DNA of 64,000 nucleotides from Phallusia mammillata (taxonomy: Eukaryota). Positions 38,134-51,800 of this stretch are shown in pieces. The notes below the pieces were generated by a model. That model made no database searches and was not told the origin of the DNA. It saw only the letters and a program-made list of their open reading frames with translations. Positions within the stretch are counted from its first letter, which is position 1. Each line of letters begins with the position of its first letter. Where the stretch lies: the NCBI GenBank assembly GCA_965637545.1, contig OZ281497.1:28954001-29018000 (forward strand). Reading direction: 5' to 3'. A program made the position numbers and the translations under genes.

Positions 38134-39812
38134 GCCTAAGCAAAAAAAAGTCATTTGAGAAAAGCACTGGCAAACTTTGACATTATGCCATGCAAATGTA
38201 ATGTGTTGAGCTAATGCAAAAGGTGTTTTAGCAAAAAAAATTGTCGCGTTCACGACAATCTCGGGTACACGATTGTTTCATCAATACAGCGCGCCTGGCA
38301 CGCATCTGTAGAATAGAAAACCAAATAGAATGCCACGCAACAAGGCAATGCAACGACAGGGCGCAAAAGACAATGTGTGCTACAGGAAAAACTGCGGCGG
38401 CAATAAGCGGTTTGACAATTTGAACTGATGATAAATGTAAACAATTTGTCACATTAACAAATATCCACGATGTTCATTAAACTAAATACGCCATTACGTA
38501 ACAATTACAGTGTTCAGCAAAATGTTTACGTCTAAATAATATTGCAAATTACTTGGAAAACTGCTTAAAACTATATTTCTGAAACTATAACTATATTAAG
38601 AAACTATAAAGAATTTTTAGGATTTGGAGTGTAAAATAAATCTCATTTACAAGCGGCGTCCTAAAAGTTGTCAGCACCCATGCACTCTTGTAATGCTAAA
38701 CTGTGCGATTTTGTGCGTTTTATTGCCGTGTTTGTATCAGTAAGTCCTGGGCTTTTACCACAATTTTGCACTCACAGTTATCACTGGTTTGAAAGTGATT
38801 ACAAAAAAGTAATGTTGCTGGAAACGTCAAACGCGCAAATTTAAATCACACATGTAAACAAATTACCAAAATTGCACAGAAATGGGTTTGAACACAAATA
38901 AGAAATATTCAAATACAGTAAACAAAAATTCCCAAATGAATACCTTGTAGTCTTTGTGTGTTAAAACTGGTTCTGCTTTACCCACGGTCGTAATGGGAAA
39001 CAATTTGAACAGTTGTGAAAAATATTTCAGCACAAAACTTGTTAATATAAAATAAATAAAGCCCAGTTTACTAACACAAACATTGATATAAAGTTTTGTG
39101 TAACTCGTATGTGCTGTGGTTAGGCCAACAACGTTCAACCACTGCTGATTATCTTATGACGACCTCTGCAGCAATGTTAAATACCTCAAACTTGAATCAG
39201 GAATCAGCATTCGATGCGAACAATCTATTAAATTGCCCACAGCACATACAAGTACAGAGTTAAAACAACTTACTTTGCATCTTGTCTTTTGAACGACTAC
39301 TTTACTCAACCAAGTTCGCGCTTCTTTTATCGACATCAAGCTCTTGCAGCCACATTTATAGCAAACTGCAAACCGCCATTTTGATTATCGCGTCACAAGT
39401 GGTTGCTCAGCAAAGCCCTTTTTTCCCTCTTGGCGGTGATTTAAAAACTCTTTTCCTCTAGGCCTAACACGTTGATTGCAAGATGTGAAATACCTGATAA
39501 AACAACAATGTTGTGTCAATTAGCCTATAACAAAAAGCAGTAATTACCTTTTAAAACGCTCAGGAGTTAATATTGCGTTGGTGTGAATACTTGTACTGTG
39601 TAGTACGTTAAAATTTGATTGCTTTTCATAGATGGTCACTTCTTAACAAACACACAGTATCGAGAATATATTTGCAAGATGACAAGTTATACTTACTTGC
39701 AGTTACAGAAACACTCTCAGCATGTTGCTTAAACTTTTGTTCCAGCTTTATTCTTGTTTAAATCCATGCAGTTTGCTTTCGAACAAGGTCGAGGAAAAAT
39801 GCATCTGACTTC

Positions 39813-40123
39813 CAATGGCGTAGGCAACCGAAAATTTTGGAAGGGGCCAAATGATTTGTTGTCCAAAACGGTTTTTTTATGCTAGGGTGTGTTTTACCCT
39901 TGATTTTTCAAACTGGAGTTCGAAGAGATCACCAAATGATTTATTTACTTGTAGCAATTGTCCACAAATATAAATATATCTAGAGTTCGGCTTTCAATGG
40001 TCAATTTTGTCAATTTGTATATTCCTTTTGATGATAATTTAGTCAGGAAGAGATACCAAATCACACCGAACAAAATTTGGGTGGGGCCATGGCCCCTTTG
40101 GCTCCTCCCTGGCTACTCCAATG
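39813..40123. mobile_element. MITE with 8-bp TSD
   Basis: Imperfect TIRs CAATGGCGTAGGC / GGCTACTCCAATG, TSD CTGACTTC/CTGACTGC. Confidence 0.7.
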
Positions 40124-40369
40124 CTGACTGCTCCACGTTAACCAGCAACTGAATGTGCTGTTGGTGGCTTGTTGGTTCTGTGTGAAAGACAATGGGCAAG
40201 TTCTATAGCAATAATCATGCACAATTACCATGGTTTTGTAATTCGTGAATAAATCCTATAATAAAGTCCTATATTAGGCAATGTTTATTGCAAAACATCA
40301 AAGCTATTTGAATAGGTGTAAAAATTTCTATTCAAAATGAATATCATTAGGATGAGAGCGAAACATATA

Positions 40370-42130
40370 TAATCGTAGCAGTTAGAAACAATTGACTTTG
40401 ATATTATGAGATCAAGTCGGGGTTTAATAGGAGACAAGCCCACACACAACGCAGCATTTAGTGTGTCAGTTTTAAGACTGTTTCGTGTCTTCGATTTCGG
40501 TATAGTTACAGTTGAAAAACCTGACTCACAAAGATATGTGGTGGTGAATGGCAAAAGAAATTTAACCGCACGCTCTGACAAGGAAGGATATTCTTTGATT
40601 GTCATCATCCAAAAAGAAGGAAGATCTACTTTTTGATATTGAAACTTGAAAGCACTATCTTCGGACAATTCAATTAGTTTATTTTCAAGTTCTACGGACA
40701 GAGCGACATCCTCCGATGCAGAATTAACAGCAAAGGGATTCCGAATCCATAGGTTTCCAGGACGTGGATCCTCTGGAAAGTAGTGGTCAATTTTTTTCGA
40801 TAGTTGCGCCAAATGATGAATTATGATTTTAGAGACGTCTACATGGGGGATAGATTCGAGGTTTTCACTAAGCAGTGGAAACATATCAAGCCGTTCATCT
40901 TCCACTCTTCTTTTCCAGAGACTTGTATTTTTCTTAAACCCCTCTATTTTATCGGCAACTAAAAATATTGAGCTGTGTCTACCTTGCATTGACACGTTGA
41001 GCTGATTCAACTGGTCAAACATATCGGAAAGGTAGGCCAGTTTTGCACAAAAGTAATTGTTAATGTAATGTTCAGCCAGAGGTGAACGCTGATCCTGGAG
41101 AAATATGTGCACTTCAAGTTTCAGTTCAAAAAGACGATTAAGATACGACCCTTCGAAAGCCACCTAACCTCACTATGGTACATGAGCTGTAAGTGTTCTG
41201 AATCAAGCCTGTCGCACAATGCAGCAAAACGTCTCGAGTGCAGCGCATTCTTCTTAATGTAGTTCACAGTCTTTACAGCTAAATGCATGACACCATGTAA
41301 TTCGGGCGACATCTGCCTTGTAGCCAGGTTTTCTCTATGTAAAAAGCAGTGAGTCCATTTGGCTTGTCCCGCTCTCTCTTGGATTTGTTTTTCAACGCCA
41401 TGATGTACCCCAGTTATTGATGCAGCGCCATCTGTGCACACACCTACACAGTTCCTCCAATCAACAGAATTGTTAGCAAAGTGGGTGTCAAGGCAACGAA
41501 ATACCTCATCAGCAGTTGTTCGAGTAGGAAGTTCTTGGCTAAATAATAGGTCGTCATCAATATTACCATCAGCACAGTACCGTACAAATACAAGTAACAA
41601 AGCTTTGTTGGAAACATCAGTGGCTTCATCCAACTGTGTGGAATAATATGGACTAGACTTAATCCTTTCCAACAGCTGACATTCTATGTCAGCACTCATT
41701 TCATTAATTCGTCTCGTTATAGTGTTGCTGGACAGTGGAATCGACTCAAGTTTAGATGCAGCAGATATTCCCATTACTTCTCGGCACATATCAATAGCAC
41801 TAGGAAGAATTAATTCCTCTGCAATAGTAAATGGCTTCTTGCAGCGATCAACACGAGCAGCCACCATATAACTAGCCTTCAATGCTGACTTTGATTGCGT
41901 GCTAAATAAAGTCATGACTCGCTGCTGTGACTGCAAACCGTCTCCTTTTCTCTCAAAATATTGCTTGCACTTCGCTGCTCTGTGCGGATGGTGTGTGTCC
42001 AAGTGCCTTTTGAGCTTTGGTGGTCTTAGTGCCTTTGAAAAAAAATCTTTGCGCACTCAACACATTGTGCTTTTGCCTCAGATTCACTTCCTGTTCTTAT
42101 GAAACCATAGTATACTAACATGGTAGTCCA
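40370..42130 (-). mobile_element. hAT (Buster/Charlie, ZBED5/SCAND3-like) transposase pseudogene
   Basis: BED finger AQCVEC...LKRHLDTHH, then QLDEATD, GVCTDGAASITG, HCFLHRENLA, EVRWLSKG and LCESGFS motifs across ORFs 41121-42056 and 40285-41163. Frameshifts near 42050 and 41150. Confidence 0.92.
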
Positions 42131-45087
42131 GCTATTGTTACCGTCACGCTTGATTAACTCTGCACGCTTGTCGGATGCTTGCATTGAGTTGGGTGCCTTA
42201 AGAGCAGGAAAATGACAAAACTGTGCGTGTGTGGTCGGTTGTATGCATCTACCATGTGTAATATTACTACGTTTGGTTGGAATTATGCTGTTGGAGGGAA
42301 TTTACTGAGTTTTTTTGCCGTTTAGTCCTTCTTTAACCGCGTTGAAGTGATTTTAGCGTGGTTTTACCTAACATATTCAAGGGTGAATAAAGCTTGTTAC
42401 GGATCAAACTAAAGTCTGGTGAAAATGGAACTTTTCCAAACTGACTGCATTTTTAATAAACTGATGTTTAACGACTTTGACCCCGACCAGGAACTCGATC
42501 CGGACAGACGGAAAGTCAAGCTTAAACGAAGACCATATTTTTTCCAAAGTTACTCATTTTAAACTGTCAACAAGAGGTAGATTTTTCCTAAAAGAACTGA
42601 TTAGATGAGAAACCATGCAAAAGAGTGATGTGAAGCAAAAAGTTTATTTGAAAAAAAATCAAGGTACAAAAACAATTTCTAGACATCATAAACAACTAAT
42701 AAAGTGGTGCAGAAAAACAGTCAAATACTGTGATAAGTAACATGGAGTTTAAAGTATTTGGAAGGTGATGTTTTGTTCAAGACAAAAAACAATTTTGCAA
42801 AAGTAAGTAAAATTGTTAGCAAGTTGTCCACCATGCAATCGCAGGGCCAGCTGGTTTCTTTTATGGAGCAAGGGCCTGGAAGTCTCACTTATCCTTCATT
42901 AGAGTTACTTCAACTTTCTCAAAGTGTGTACCTGAAATGAGAGAAAGTTTTTTAGCCAACCAACAAGCTAGACTTTTTTTGTGTATTGCAAAAGTTTTCT
43001 ATGATCCTCATTATGAAAGTTTCCAAAATAGGACATGTGATATTCTGAAAGTTGATATGATAAAGAGAAAGTACCCAATAGGTTTTAATATTCGTGGATT
43101 TATTTATTCATGTTTTGTCGTTCACGTTTGCCAAAAAGCTCTTTTCTAAAATGTTCCAAAGGTCTAAAAGAGGAGCTCTGAAAAATAAATCAAAATGACT
43201 GTCAAAAGTGCCTGTACTTTCTGCACAAATGTGCTTCTTTTTTCAAATTACAAAATATGAAACTACTTTATGTTAGCTTTTTAATAATAATGTTATAGCT
43301 AACAGTAGGCTACTATGAAAATCGTATCCGAGTGCAGTATAAAGCCAAGTGATTTACTAATTATAGGATTTTGAAAACAGAAGCTGTAGAAGTAAACAGT
43401 GCACACTGTTTCGACCTATAAGGTCTCATCAGTGCAGCTGATTAAAAGACATATGCCATATTGGTTAGTGTAGCCATCTGATGGCCCTCCAGTTTGTTGG
43501 AAGTAACAGGCAGAACATTAATTCCTCACCAAATCTGTTCAATACCACAAATGGGTATAAACCACAGAAAAAAAACTGATTTTTAATGCCTAAGCAACTG
43601 CTGGGGAACCAAAGTGATGACAATATGATTAATAAGCCAATAGATAGATGATAAGTAAGCTGCAAATACTGCTCACTGTTTTGACTTGTAAGGTCTCATC
43701 AGCGCACATGATGATAAACATAGGACATGTTGGCTAGTGTAGTAACATGCTGAAAAACCTTGCCTCGCCAATTCGGTTCATTGCCGCAATTTTAAAGCAA
43801 TTCTTACAAAAAAGATGCCTGTCTATAAGTTTTTAAAAATATACTTTAAAGAGTTCATACAATTGAAAGCTAAAAACGTTTTAATAGCTCTACATACATT
43901 AAACAATAAACCCAATAACTAAAAAACTTTAAAACAGACACAGATTTGTCGCCAGCGGCTTTTCAAAACTAGCTGTTTACCATGTACCTCATACAAAACT
44001 TCAGGCGACGTGCAGTGTTATTCATGCGTAACCGAAATGCGCAGGATAATAAAAGAAACGAGAGGAAAAGAGGAGCTGGACTACCATGTTAGTATACTAT
44101 GATGAAACCATACTTGATGTATTCTGGATCATATTTTCTAACTACAACTTTCCGGGACACTTTTTTATTTTCTTCCCCTTCCTCGCTTTTTCGCTTTAAA
44201 AAACTATCCATTTTGTTGCGACACTAAGACTAAATAAAGCCAACAAAGCGAGTTCCCGCATTGAGATTTTACAACTATTGCAAGTTCAGTTGTGACGCGA
44301 TAATTGCAGTTGATTGTGTAACAATAAGCTTTGTATAACGTGAAATACGACTTTCACAGTGAGTATGAGTAGTGTCATATTTTTGAGAACTTGAAAGTAC
44401 ACTATCACGAACTGTGTATTTTTTAAACTTCTACATGGGTATGGTAATAGTTTGAAAAGCTTCGAGGCCCACCAAAACGAACGACGCGGCCCACTGGTTG
44501 GGAAGCGCTGGCGTATTAGATACTGCAAAACTCTAAATTAACACAAGCACCAGACAACGTGTAATATCCAAAGGCAAGCGACCTGGTCCGATGTGCTCAG
44601 TAGCGCCACCGCCTGTCTGATGTTATTTCCTTATGAATCGGGTTTATAACGTTGTTCAATTGTGAATGTGTTATATTCTGTACTTGGCCTTTAAGTTGTG
44701 CACTGCTGCTGTTTTTGACAGAGATTTGTAATGAGCTCATTTCCTTTTTAATATGGGCTGGGTCGAATTCGAGGTAATAGAGCATGTTCTATTTTCTTCC
44801 AACGTACGCATGCGGTTGTCGGTCCTGTGCCAGTGTTAACACATATATAGTTCGGCGTTTGTTGATTCAATTGTTTTGCTTATTACTAATGGATTGATAG
44901 CACTAAAGCACGAAGTAATGCGCAACGAAAATACAGCAGACTTTGACCTTGTGTGGAAGTAGAACACAGAATAATGTAACGAAGATCAGCGGGATAAAAA
45001 AAAATCAATAATTTAAATAACAATGGAACTACGGAAAACAGGCAGAAAAAGTAACAGTTCTTAACTTTAGATCTCTGGTGTTTGATA

Positions 45088-45420
45088 TTGGTAACCACAA
45101 GGGAGCAAAAACGTTATTTTTGCAATATGACAGAAGCCACAAAAACAGTTAAATTACCTACGTTTTGGACAGCTCAGTCACGAGTTTGGTTTCAGCAAGC
45201 TAAGCCACTGTTCGCTCTAAAAAGCATTACAGGAGGTCTAACGAATTTCTATTATGTTGTATCGACTCTGGGTCAGACACAGCAAATCGTCTTATAGACC
45301 TGCTAGAAAGCCCGCCAGACGCAGACAAATATGAGGCAATCAAGGCACGTTAGGTAAAACCTTTTGTCTTTCGCGCCCACAGATGGCCATGCGGTTACTT
45401 CACATGCCTCCTAATCATAG
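45088..45420 (+). mobile_element. Gypsy gag relic (related family)
   Basis: VKLPTFWTAQSRVWFQQAKPLFALKSIT...FYYVVSTL is homologous to gag at 30734; preceded by TGGTAACC (PBS-like); contains stops and frameshifts. Confidence 0.75.
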
Positions 45421-46228
45421 AGCACTAATGCCAAACCTTCGTTTCTTGCGCCCCTGAACCGACTGTTGTTGAACCCGCCATAAACACAACTGTTGGTTTG
45501 GCTGATCAGTATTGTACATCCATGTATTTCTGCATTTCCTGTTTATCACTTCGTGCCCACTATTTTTTGCTTCCATGTTATAGCTTAAGTACTGTTTGGG
45601 TCACGTGTTCCATGATATATGCTTTGTCGAAATGTCATAAAGAAAACATTGGTTTAATCTGAGCTTGTAATAAACATGCGACCAAGGTATTAACTTTGCA
45701 TCTGAATAAAGTTTTATTTGTAGAGGCCCCTCCCCGCTTCAACATGTGACGACAGGCCAATAAAACAAATCAACATGTCGTCTCCATTGATAAAACTATT
45801 GACAAAAACAAAACAAAAAGGCAGGAACACAAAAATGTAATGCCAAGTTGACACATAAAAATGTCTCATAAATTATACAAGGATAATAATTTAATGTTTA
45901 CATTTAAATTAGGTTGTACAGATAAACACTACAAGCGGAGAGTCAAGACAGTATAGAGTACTAGGTAGGGCAGCGGCCCTTGCTATATAGGTCAGCAGGG
46001 ACGCAGGAAACATTTAATAAAATAAGACCATAGTTACAGAATAAAGGAAACATTTCAACACAATATGCACAGATATACAATGCAGAAAGGCTGCACAAAA
46101 CATGAGAACATGAGAATATACATTATATATGGGCTACATAATTCGTTGAAAACAATTTAACTAACTTAAATTTAAAGACGCCACTAGATGGTGTGCGAGA
46201 TATGTGGCAAATTTAGACTTTTTATGAC

Positions 46229-46336
46229 GAACTTGGCCGAATGGTCTGGCGCGCCTGACCCATATACAGACATAAAAAGCCCTGATCGGGATTCGTCCAA
46301 GGGAGAGTCCTGGGTTCGAACCCCGTGAAAAAAAAA
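46229..46336 (+). mobile_element. tRNA-derived SINE (Leu/Ser-like head)
   Basis: Pol III A box TGGCCGAATGG (46234), B box GGTTCGAACCC (46313), A-rich tail; further copies at 10456-10570 and 14362-14436. Confidence 0.75.
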
Positions 46337-47206
46337 TGACGAAATACGACGTCTAGGGAAAGATAAAACCTGTTTTATAACGTGTCACATAGTTTGGTTT
46401 CGGTTGAAAAGTTAGAAACTCGTTTCATGGTTTGGTCTCAGACAAGAAAGTTGGGTTCAAAGTTTTAATCCAACACAAAATTCAACATTAGCAGTAAAAC
46501 TTTCATACAAAACAACGAAAACGTATTGATAGGTGGAAATCAGAGGGACAACTCCTAGTGACGTCACTAAACAACAGCATGGCGAACGACAGCAAAAGTT
46601 AAAATATAAACACTATCAGTTACAAAATTAAACGGCACTGGATTTTGCAGAAAACAAATCATAAGCTTATCACGTACTAAAATCTTGCACTAGTTATGTT
46701 TAATCACCAGTGTTTACGTTTATATACATCTAAGAAGGTTGCTATGAGTCATTTACGCAACAAAAACATCTCAAAAATTTTAAGTCCTGTTAATTCCCAT
46801 AACACAAGCATAGAAATATTCATTTCCAGGTTTAAATTTGGAGGACTTCTTATTTAGTTTCATAACGTTATAATCACAATAAGTGGTTAGCATAGACGCC
46901 GAACTTTATGTCAGGGTATTCAACAGATTTGACTTTAAAACTGAATTTGTGACGTCATACAACTTACGTCACGGTATTAAACAACAAACTGACAAGGCAC
47001 AAAATTCGTCATAATGAGAAACAAACCAACACCCATGTTGTCAACTTTGAAAACTACTCTACGCAGCAAAAACGTCACTAATATGAAGCAATGAAAAGTT
47101 AACAAAAAAGTATGGTGGAGGATTGTAGGGTAGAAAATCAAAATACAGCAATATTAACAGTTATGTGTAAAGATGACAAGAGCATTTGCAGAAAGATGGT
47201 TCAGAC

Positions 47207-47644
47207 CAGGGTTGTGCAACAGGCGGCTCGCGGCCGCAATCCGACCCTCTAAGCAATTTAGTGTGGCGGTCAACAACACACTGATTTAGAGAAAAAAAAC
47301 AATTATTCTAGAAATTCAGCATAATTTCTACTAGTTTTTGGTAAATCTCCTAATTTGCTATACTACAAGTAACAATAAGCTAAATCAGCGTTTTCTAACC
47401 GGTGGGCCATACAGCAGTTTGCAAATACTTCACCGAAAGTGACGTAATAATTCTCTTTGTCTAGTAATTATTTCTTTGTGAAAACTAGTGTTGTGGCGAA
47501 ACTCGGTATATTTTAAAATGAAACGTTTTGATTCTTTTGAAAAATTTAAAATTTTTTGTGTACATGAAAAAAAATTGTATGGCCCTCCCATGAAGTCCTA
47601 AATTGGTTATATGTCCCACCGACGAAAAATGTTGCACGCCCCTG
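47207..47644. mobile_element. hAT MITE
   Basis: TIRs CAGGGTTGTGCAAC / GTTGCACGCCCCTG, near-TSD GTTCAGAC/GTTTAGAT. Confidence 0.8.
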
Positions 47645-48627
47645 GTTTAGATTAATGTATTGACTATTTAAAAAAAAGAACTTATTAGAATTTACATGTG
47701 GTTTGTGAAGAAAAACTTTATTTCTTACAGTATTCTTAATGAAGCCAAATGGAGTGCGCGTTTTACGACAGTTTATGCATAAAATCGGTTTGACACAAAA
47801 CGTCGGTTAGGTTTAGGATCTTTACGTTGATGGAAAATACCTTGCACACACTCATGTTCGGCGCCTATACTTGGCAGAGTTAAGCAAGTAATAATGTTTG
47901 AAACAAACATGACAGTTACAGTGGACAATAATGACTAGGGCAAGTTTTTGCAAGTTTTGCAACTTTTTTTACAGCTATCGGCAGTATCCTAAATACTCAG
48001 AATTTATGTAGTATGATGTTATAAGCTGTTTGTAGGAATTTTATGTTGCAACTTTTTTCTATTTTTAGTGCAACTTTTTACTGCAACTTTTATCAAGTAT
48101 TGCGCAAAATCTAACTAAAATTAGAAGTGGAAGTATGACTTGGCTTTTGGACAAGCCCGCACAAACGGAAACAGGTTGTGTCTAGCCTTTCGAGGTCAAG
48201 TCTTGTTGAGATAGCTTAGTTAGTTAAACTGTGTGTTTATAAAAGTGCATTCGTTATTTTGCAAGTTAAAAGCGATAACCTTGATATCTGTTAAGATAAC
48301 AGTCTAAGGCAGGGATGTCCAACCTGCAGCCCGCTAGTCATTTTAACTCCAAGAAGTATGCATAAATGCAACTTGTGCATCAATGCAACTTTTTACTGCA
48401 AATTTTGTTAAAATTAAGTGCAACTTTCTCTTGATTTTAGTGCAACAAAAACTTGCCCTAATAATGACTTATTCCATCGGACGTTCAGGCAATGGACAAT
48501 GCCATCATTAGTGATGAAATCACGTCACATTGATTTCCTTTTGTGGTCACGTATTTATAGTAGAAACTTTTCCACAGATAAGGTTTATTTAAAAATTGTT
48601 ATGGAAACAAGCGTTTAAGTTTTACTT

Positions 48628-48801
48628 TCAACCGATTTCGAACACAACTTTTCCTGGAGACTTTAATCTGATGAGATTCTTCCCTGCTTCTGTGAAGTAA
48701 TTATACCGAACCTTCAGCTCATTGATGCTGTGCACCGATCCTGCCAATGACTCAGCACTGTCATCTGTCAGCTCGTTAAAAGATAGATCAAGAAGTTCCA
48801 T
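48628..48801 (-). CDS. NLR2 terminal LRR exon
   Basis: Acceptor ttgtgttag, then MELLDLSFNELTDDSAESLAGSVHSINELKVRYNYFTEAGKNLIRLKSPGKVVFEIG*. Confidence 0.8.
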   Translation of the reverse strand: MELLDLSFNELTDDSAESLAGSVHSINELKVRYNYFTEAGKNLIRLKSPGKVVFEIG

Positions 48802-51800
48802 CTAACACAAGAATTAGTTTAAGGCAAGTAACTAGAGTTAATTGCCAATCAAGTATGTTGTAATAAATAAAGCAGTATGACGTCATACTACTAATTGCTT
48901 TTAAATGAAAATCGGAAATGTGTTAAATGTGAAAAATATATCTGAGGAAACCTAAACAAAATAACTAACGCTGTGAGATAAAGTTAACAAGTAACAACTA
49001 TACTGATGTGTAGATTTGCTTGGGAATTTAGGTTTGGTGCACAACCTGCGGCTGCTGAAACGAACTTGTGCCACCCTAAAATATGCATTAAAATATATGT
49101 ACTGGTGGCCGTACACTGTTAAATCTCGTTTGCTAGACATTTGGCGTCAAAAAATGATCTAAATGGAAATATATCAACGAAACCATGGAGACACTTGGTT
49201 GTCGTTGGTGAAATACGGACCAGTGATAGGGCCGTCATAGCCAAAAGGTAGTGCACCCAAGCTGTGGCGGCTACCACTGTGTCGTTTGCATATGATGATC
49301 CACACTTTCGTAGTTTATTTTTCTTAGGAGCTTATTGTGTTTCGGGGATAAGTTGCGTTTCTGAATCTTTTCCAAGCTAGATATTTTATTCTAACACGCG
49401 GGTAAAAAAGAACGAAACTTGTATCTTACTATTCGAGACAAAGCTTTTATCTTACTATTTCGTGGTTGTATCCGAGTATTACTATTCGAGATCATTTATA
49501 GAGTCATTTAATTGTGACGACAAAATTACACTCTGACATCAAAGAGGTATATTTAGTAGACGCCAGCCCACGGCTCCGGAGCCGCATGCGGCTCTTCGAT
49601 TACTTGAATTTACTAAATTGTACAACTTTTTATTACAAGTTCTGCGACGATTATGCCGATCACAAAAGCTAAAAATTCCTGTAAAATAATTTGAGCGAAC
49701 CCTTTTCCAGTAGTTGTGTACAACGGCGTTTCAACACTATATATGAAATGTGAAGTCGGAAAGAGACGAACTGGCGGTATGTGGGTTAACATGCAGTGCG
49801 ATAGATGCCATTTTCTTCGCAGCGTGTGTAATAACATATGTTTGTTAATATTTGTAAAACAATACAGTGTCAAACAAAGAAATAAAATCAACGTCTAAAG
49901 AAAACCGGGCATTTAATGCTAAGTGGAGAGATGGATTTGCTTGCACTGCTGACGAGACTGGTTTACTAGATATGCGATGACAAACTGGATAAGAACCCAA
50001 AGTCGTATGTCGTGAGACAAAAAAACGTTTTTGCAGTGGCATATCCTTTTTAACATGTTAAAACGGCCTTTAGGTTCCCAGCGTTTTTTTTACTATTTGA
50101 AATTGGTCCGACTTGCCCTTTGAGCGGCAAAGGTTGGCGACCCCTGTACTAGACAAAAGAACAATAATTTCGACAGTTCAAAGCGCCGTTTGTCAATCTA
50201 AACAATTTCTGCAAAGAATATTCGCGAGATTCAGTAATAAAGTTGATGCACAACTTAGTATGGCTGAACATAATTGTTTTGTTCTGTTGTCAAAACTTCG
50301 CACTTTAGTTAAAATGTTGAATACCTGAACGATACGAAACGTTATGGTAGAGTATTTAAAAAGAAACGCACTTCAACGAATAGCGTGATCTCATAGGTCA
50401 TTACACCTACAACTCACTGATCTAAATCCACAATATTTTTATGTCTATACTGCGGCAGCGAAACGAGGTAAGAAACAGAGCGTGAATATTTTGTCAAATT
50501 TTGTCCAGCATGTCATTAAGTGTATCCGAAATCTATTTGCACTGTAAGTATGGAAACAAAGAATATGTTATGGACTGACGTGCGCATAATGTTTGGTTAT
50601 ATGTGGTTGTGCGTTGCAAACATATGCTTTGGTTATTATAACTTAAATTAATGTTAAAATTAGGAAAATGCAAACTGACATGTTCTTTAATTTAGTTTAA
50701 CACAGGAAGCGCCCTGTGCGGACATTTTAACCATCAAAGGTGCATGGATGACACGACCAAGATCAAAAAAGTTACATTTAATGCTTTCTTGTGGCATACC
50801 ACTCATTACTATATATACTATGCAGTATATTATAAGGACTGATTCTCAACAATTTTACAAACAATTAGAGACCACTGGGCCATTTGCATATTCGTTTAAC
50901 TACCATTTGAGTTCATATAGCATTTCAATTTAGCGTAATGTGATAAGTTTATCATTTCTGCAACAAACAAACAATCTTTACTATTGAAAAAAATATTTCG
51001 CACAACATAGATTTCAACTTTTACCGGCTTTGTTAGCTTTTTCACTCCATCGCAGAGTTTCTCGAAGCCTTCATTTCCGATCCAACATCCCAACAGTATA
51101 AGTTCTTCCATGTTGTGAAGGCAAGGACTCAGCGAAGCTGCTCCCGTGCTGCCGATCTCGTTGTGGGAGAGGTCAAGTATCTTCAGCTGATTTTAGTACA
51201 ACAAATATTATCACATTTATCGTAGTGACAAATTGAAGGAAATTAAAACATACAACACAACACATCTTTGGTATACGCCTTGTTACAAATGCGACTTTTT
51301 AACACATAATTTCTGTTTCACTTAAAATTTGGCATTTCCTCAATAAAAGATAATATATGAAAAGTAAGCTGTAGAATGTTTACACTAGTTTTGTTAAAAG
51401 GGTTAACAAACCAACCCAGGCTTTGCTAGCTTGATGTAAGAAATTTATTTAGGTTAATTGTATAGTTTAAATCTCGTGTTAGCGCCGTGAGTTCGTTTCC
51501 ACAATTAATACTTTATCCAAACTCGTACATGAGTTCGGCGACCTGGTGTCATAGTAACACACGAGTAAAACAAGTATGCGCAGCACGTTTGTTTCACTAT
51601 GCGTTGTACGTCATGCTGGATGCAAAAATAAGCTGTAACAAATTTGTTTTGAAAAAAAAATTTGTGTAAGGGACAGTATTCCTTTTACAGATTTTTCGTA
51701 TTTTGTTTGCTTGTCATTATTTCGGTTTGATTCAGCAATTACAATCTTTGGAAATAGTGCCACAATTGTAGTTGAGCAGAAAACAGTTTGTCATGCGTTA

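Noticed and set aside
38860-39760. Short ORFs and donor-like sites suggesting another minus-strand gene
   Set aside because: Stops in all joined frames and no recognisable protein motif.
42760-43110. Possible P-element/THAP9 transposase C-terminal relic (GSLTYPSLEL...EKVF)
   Set aside because: Only one short motif, broken frames, no catalytic region or TIRs seen.
44074-44101. 28-bp inverted copy of the hAT BED-finger start (matches about 42107-42133)
   Set aside because: Too short to define an element or structure; probably a scrap of a related transposon.
46229-46336. Functional tRNA gene
   Set aside because: No acceptor-stem pairing or clean cloverleaf visible; A-tailed, diverged dispersed copies indicate a SINE.
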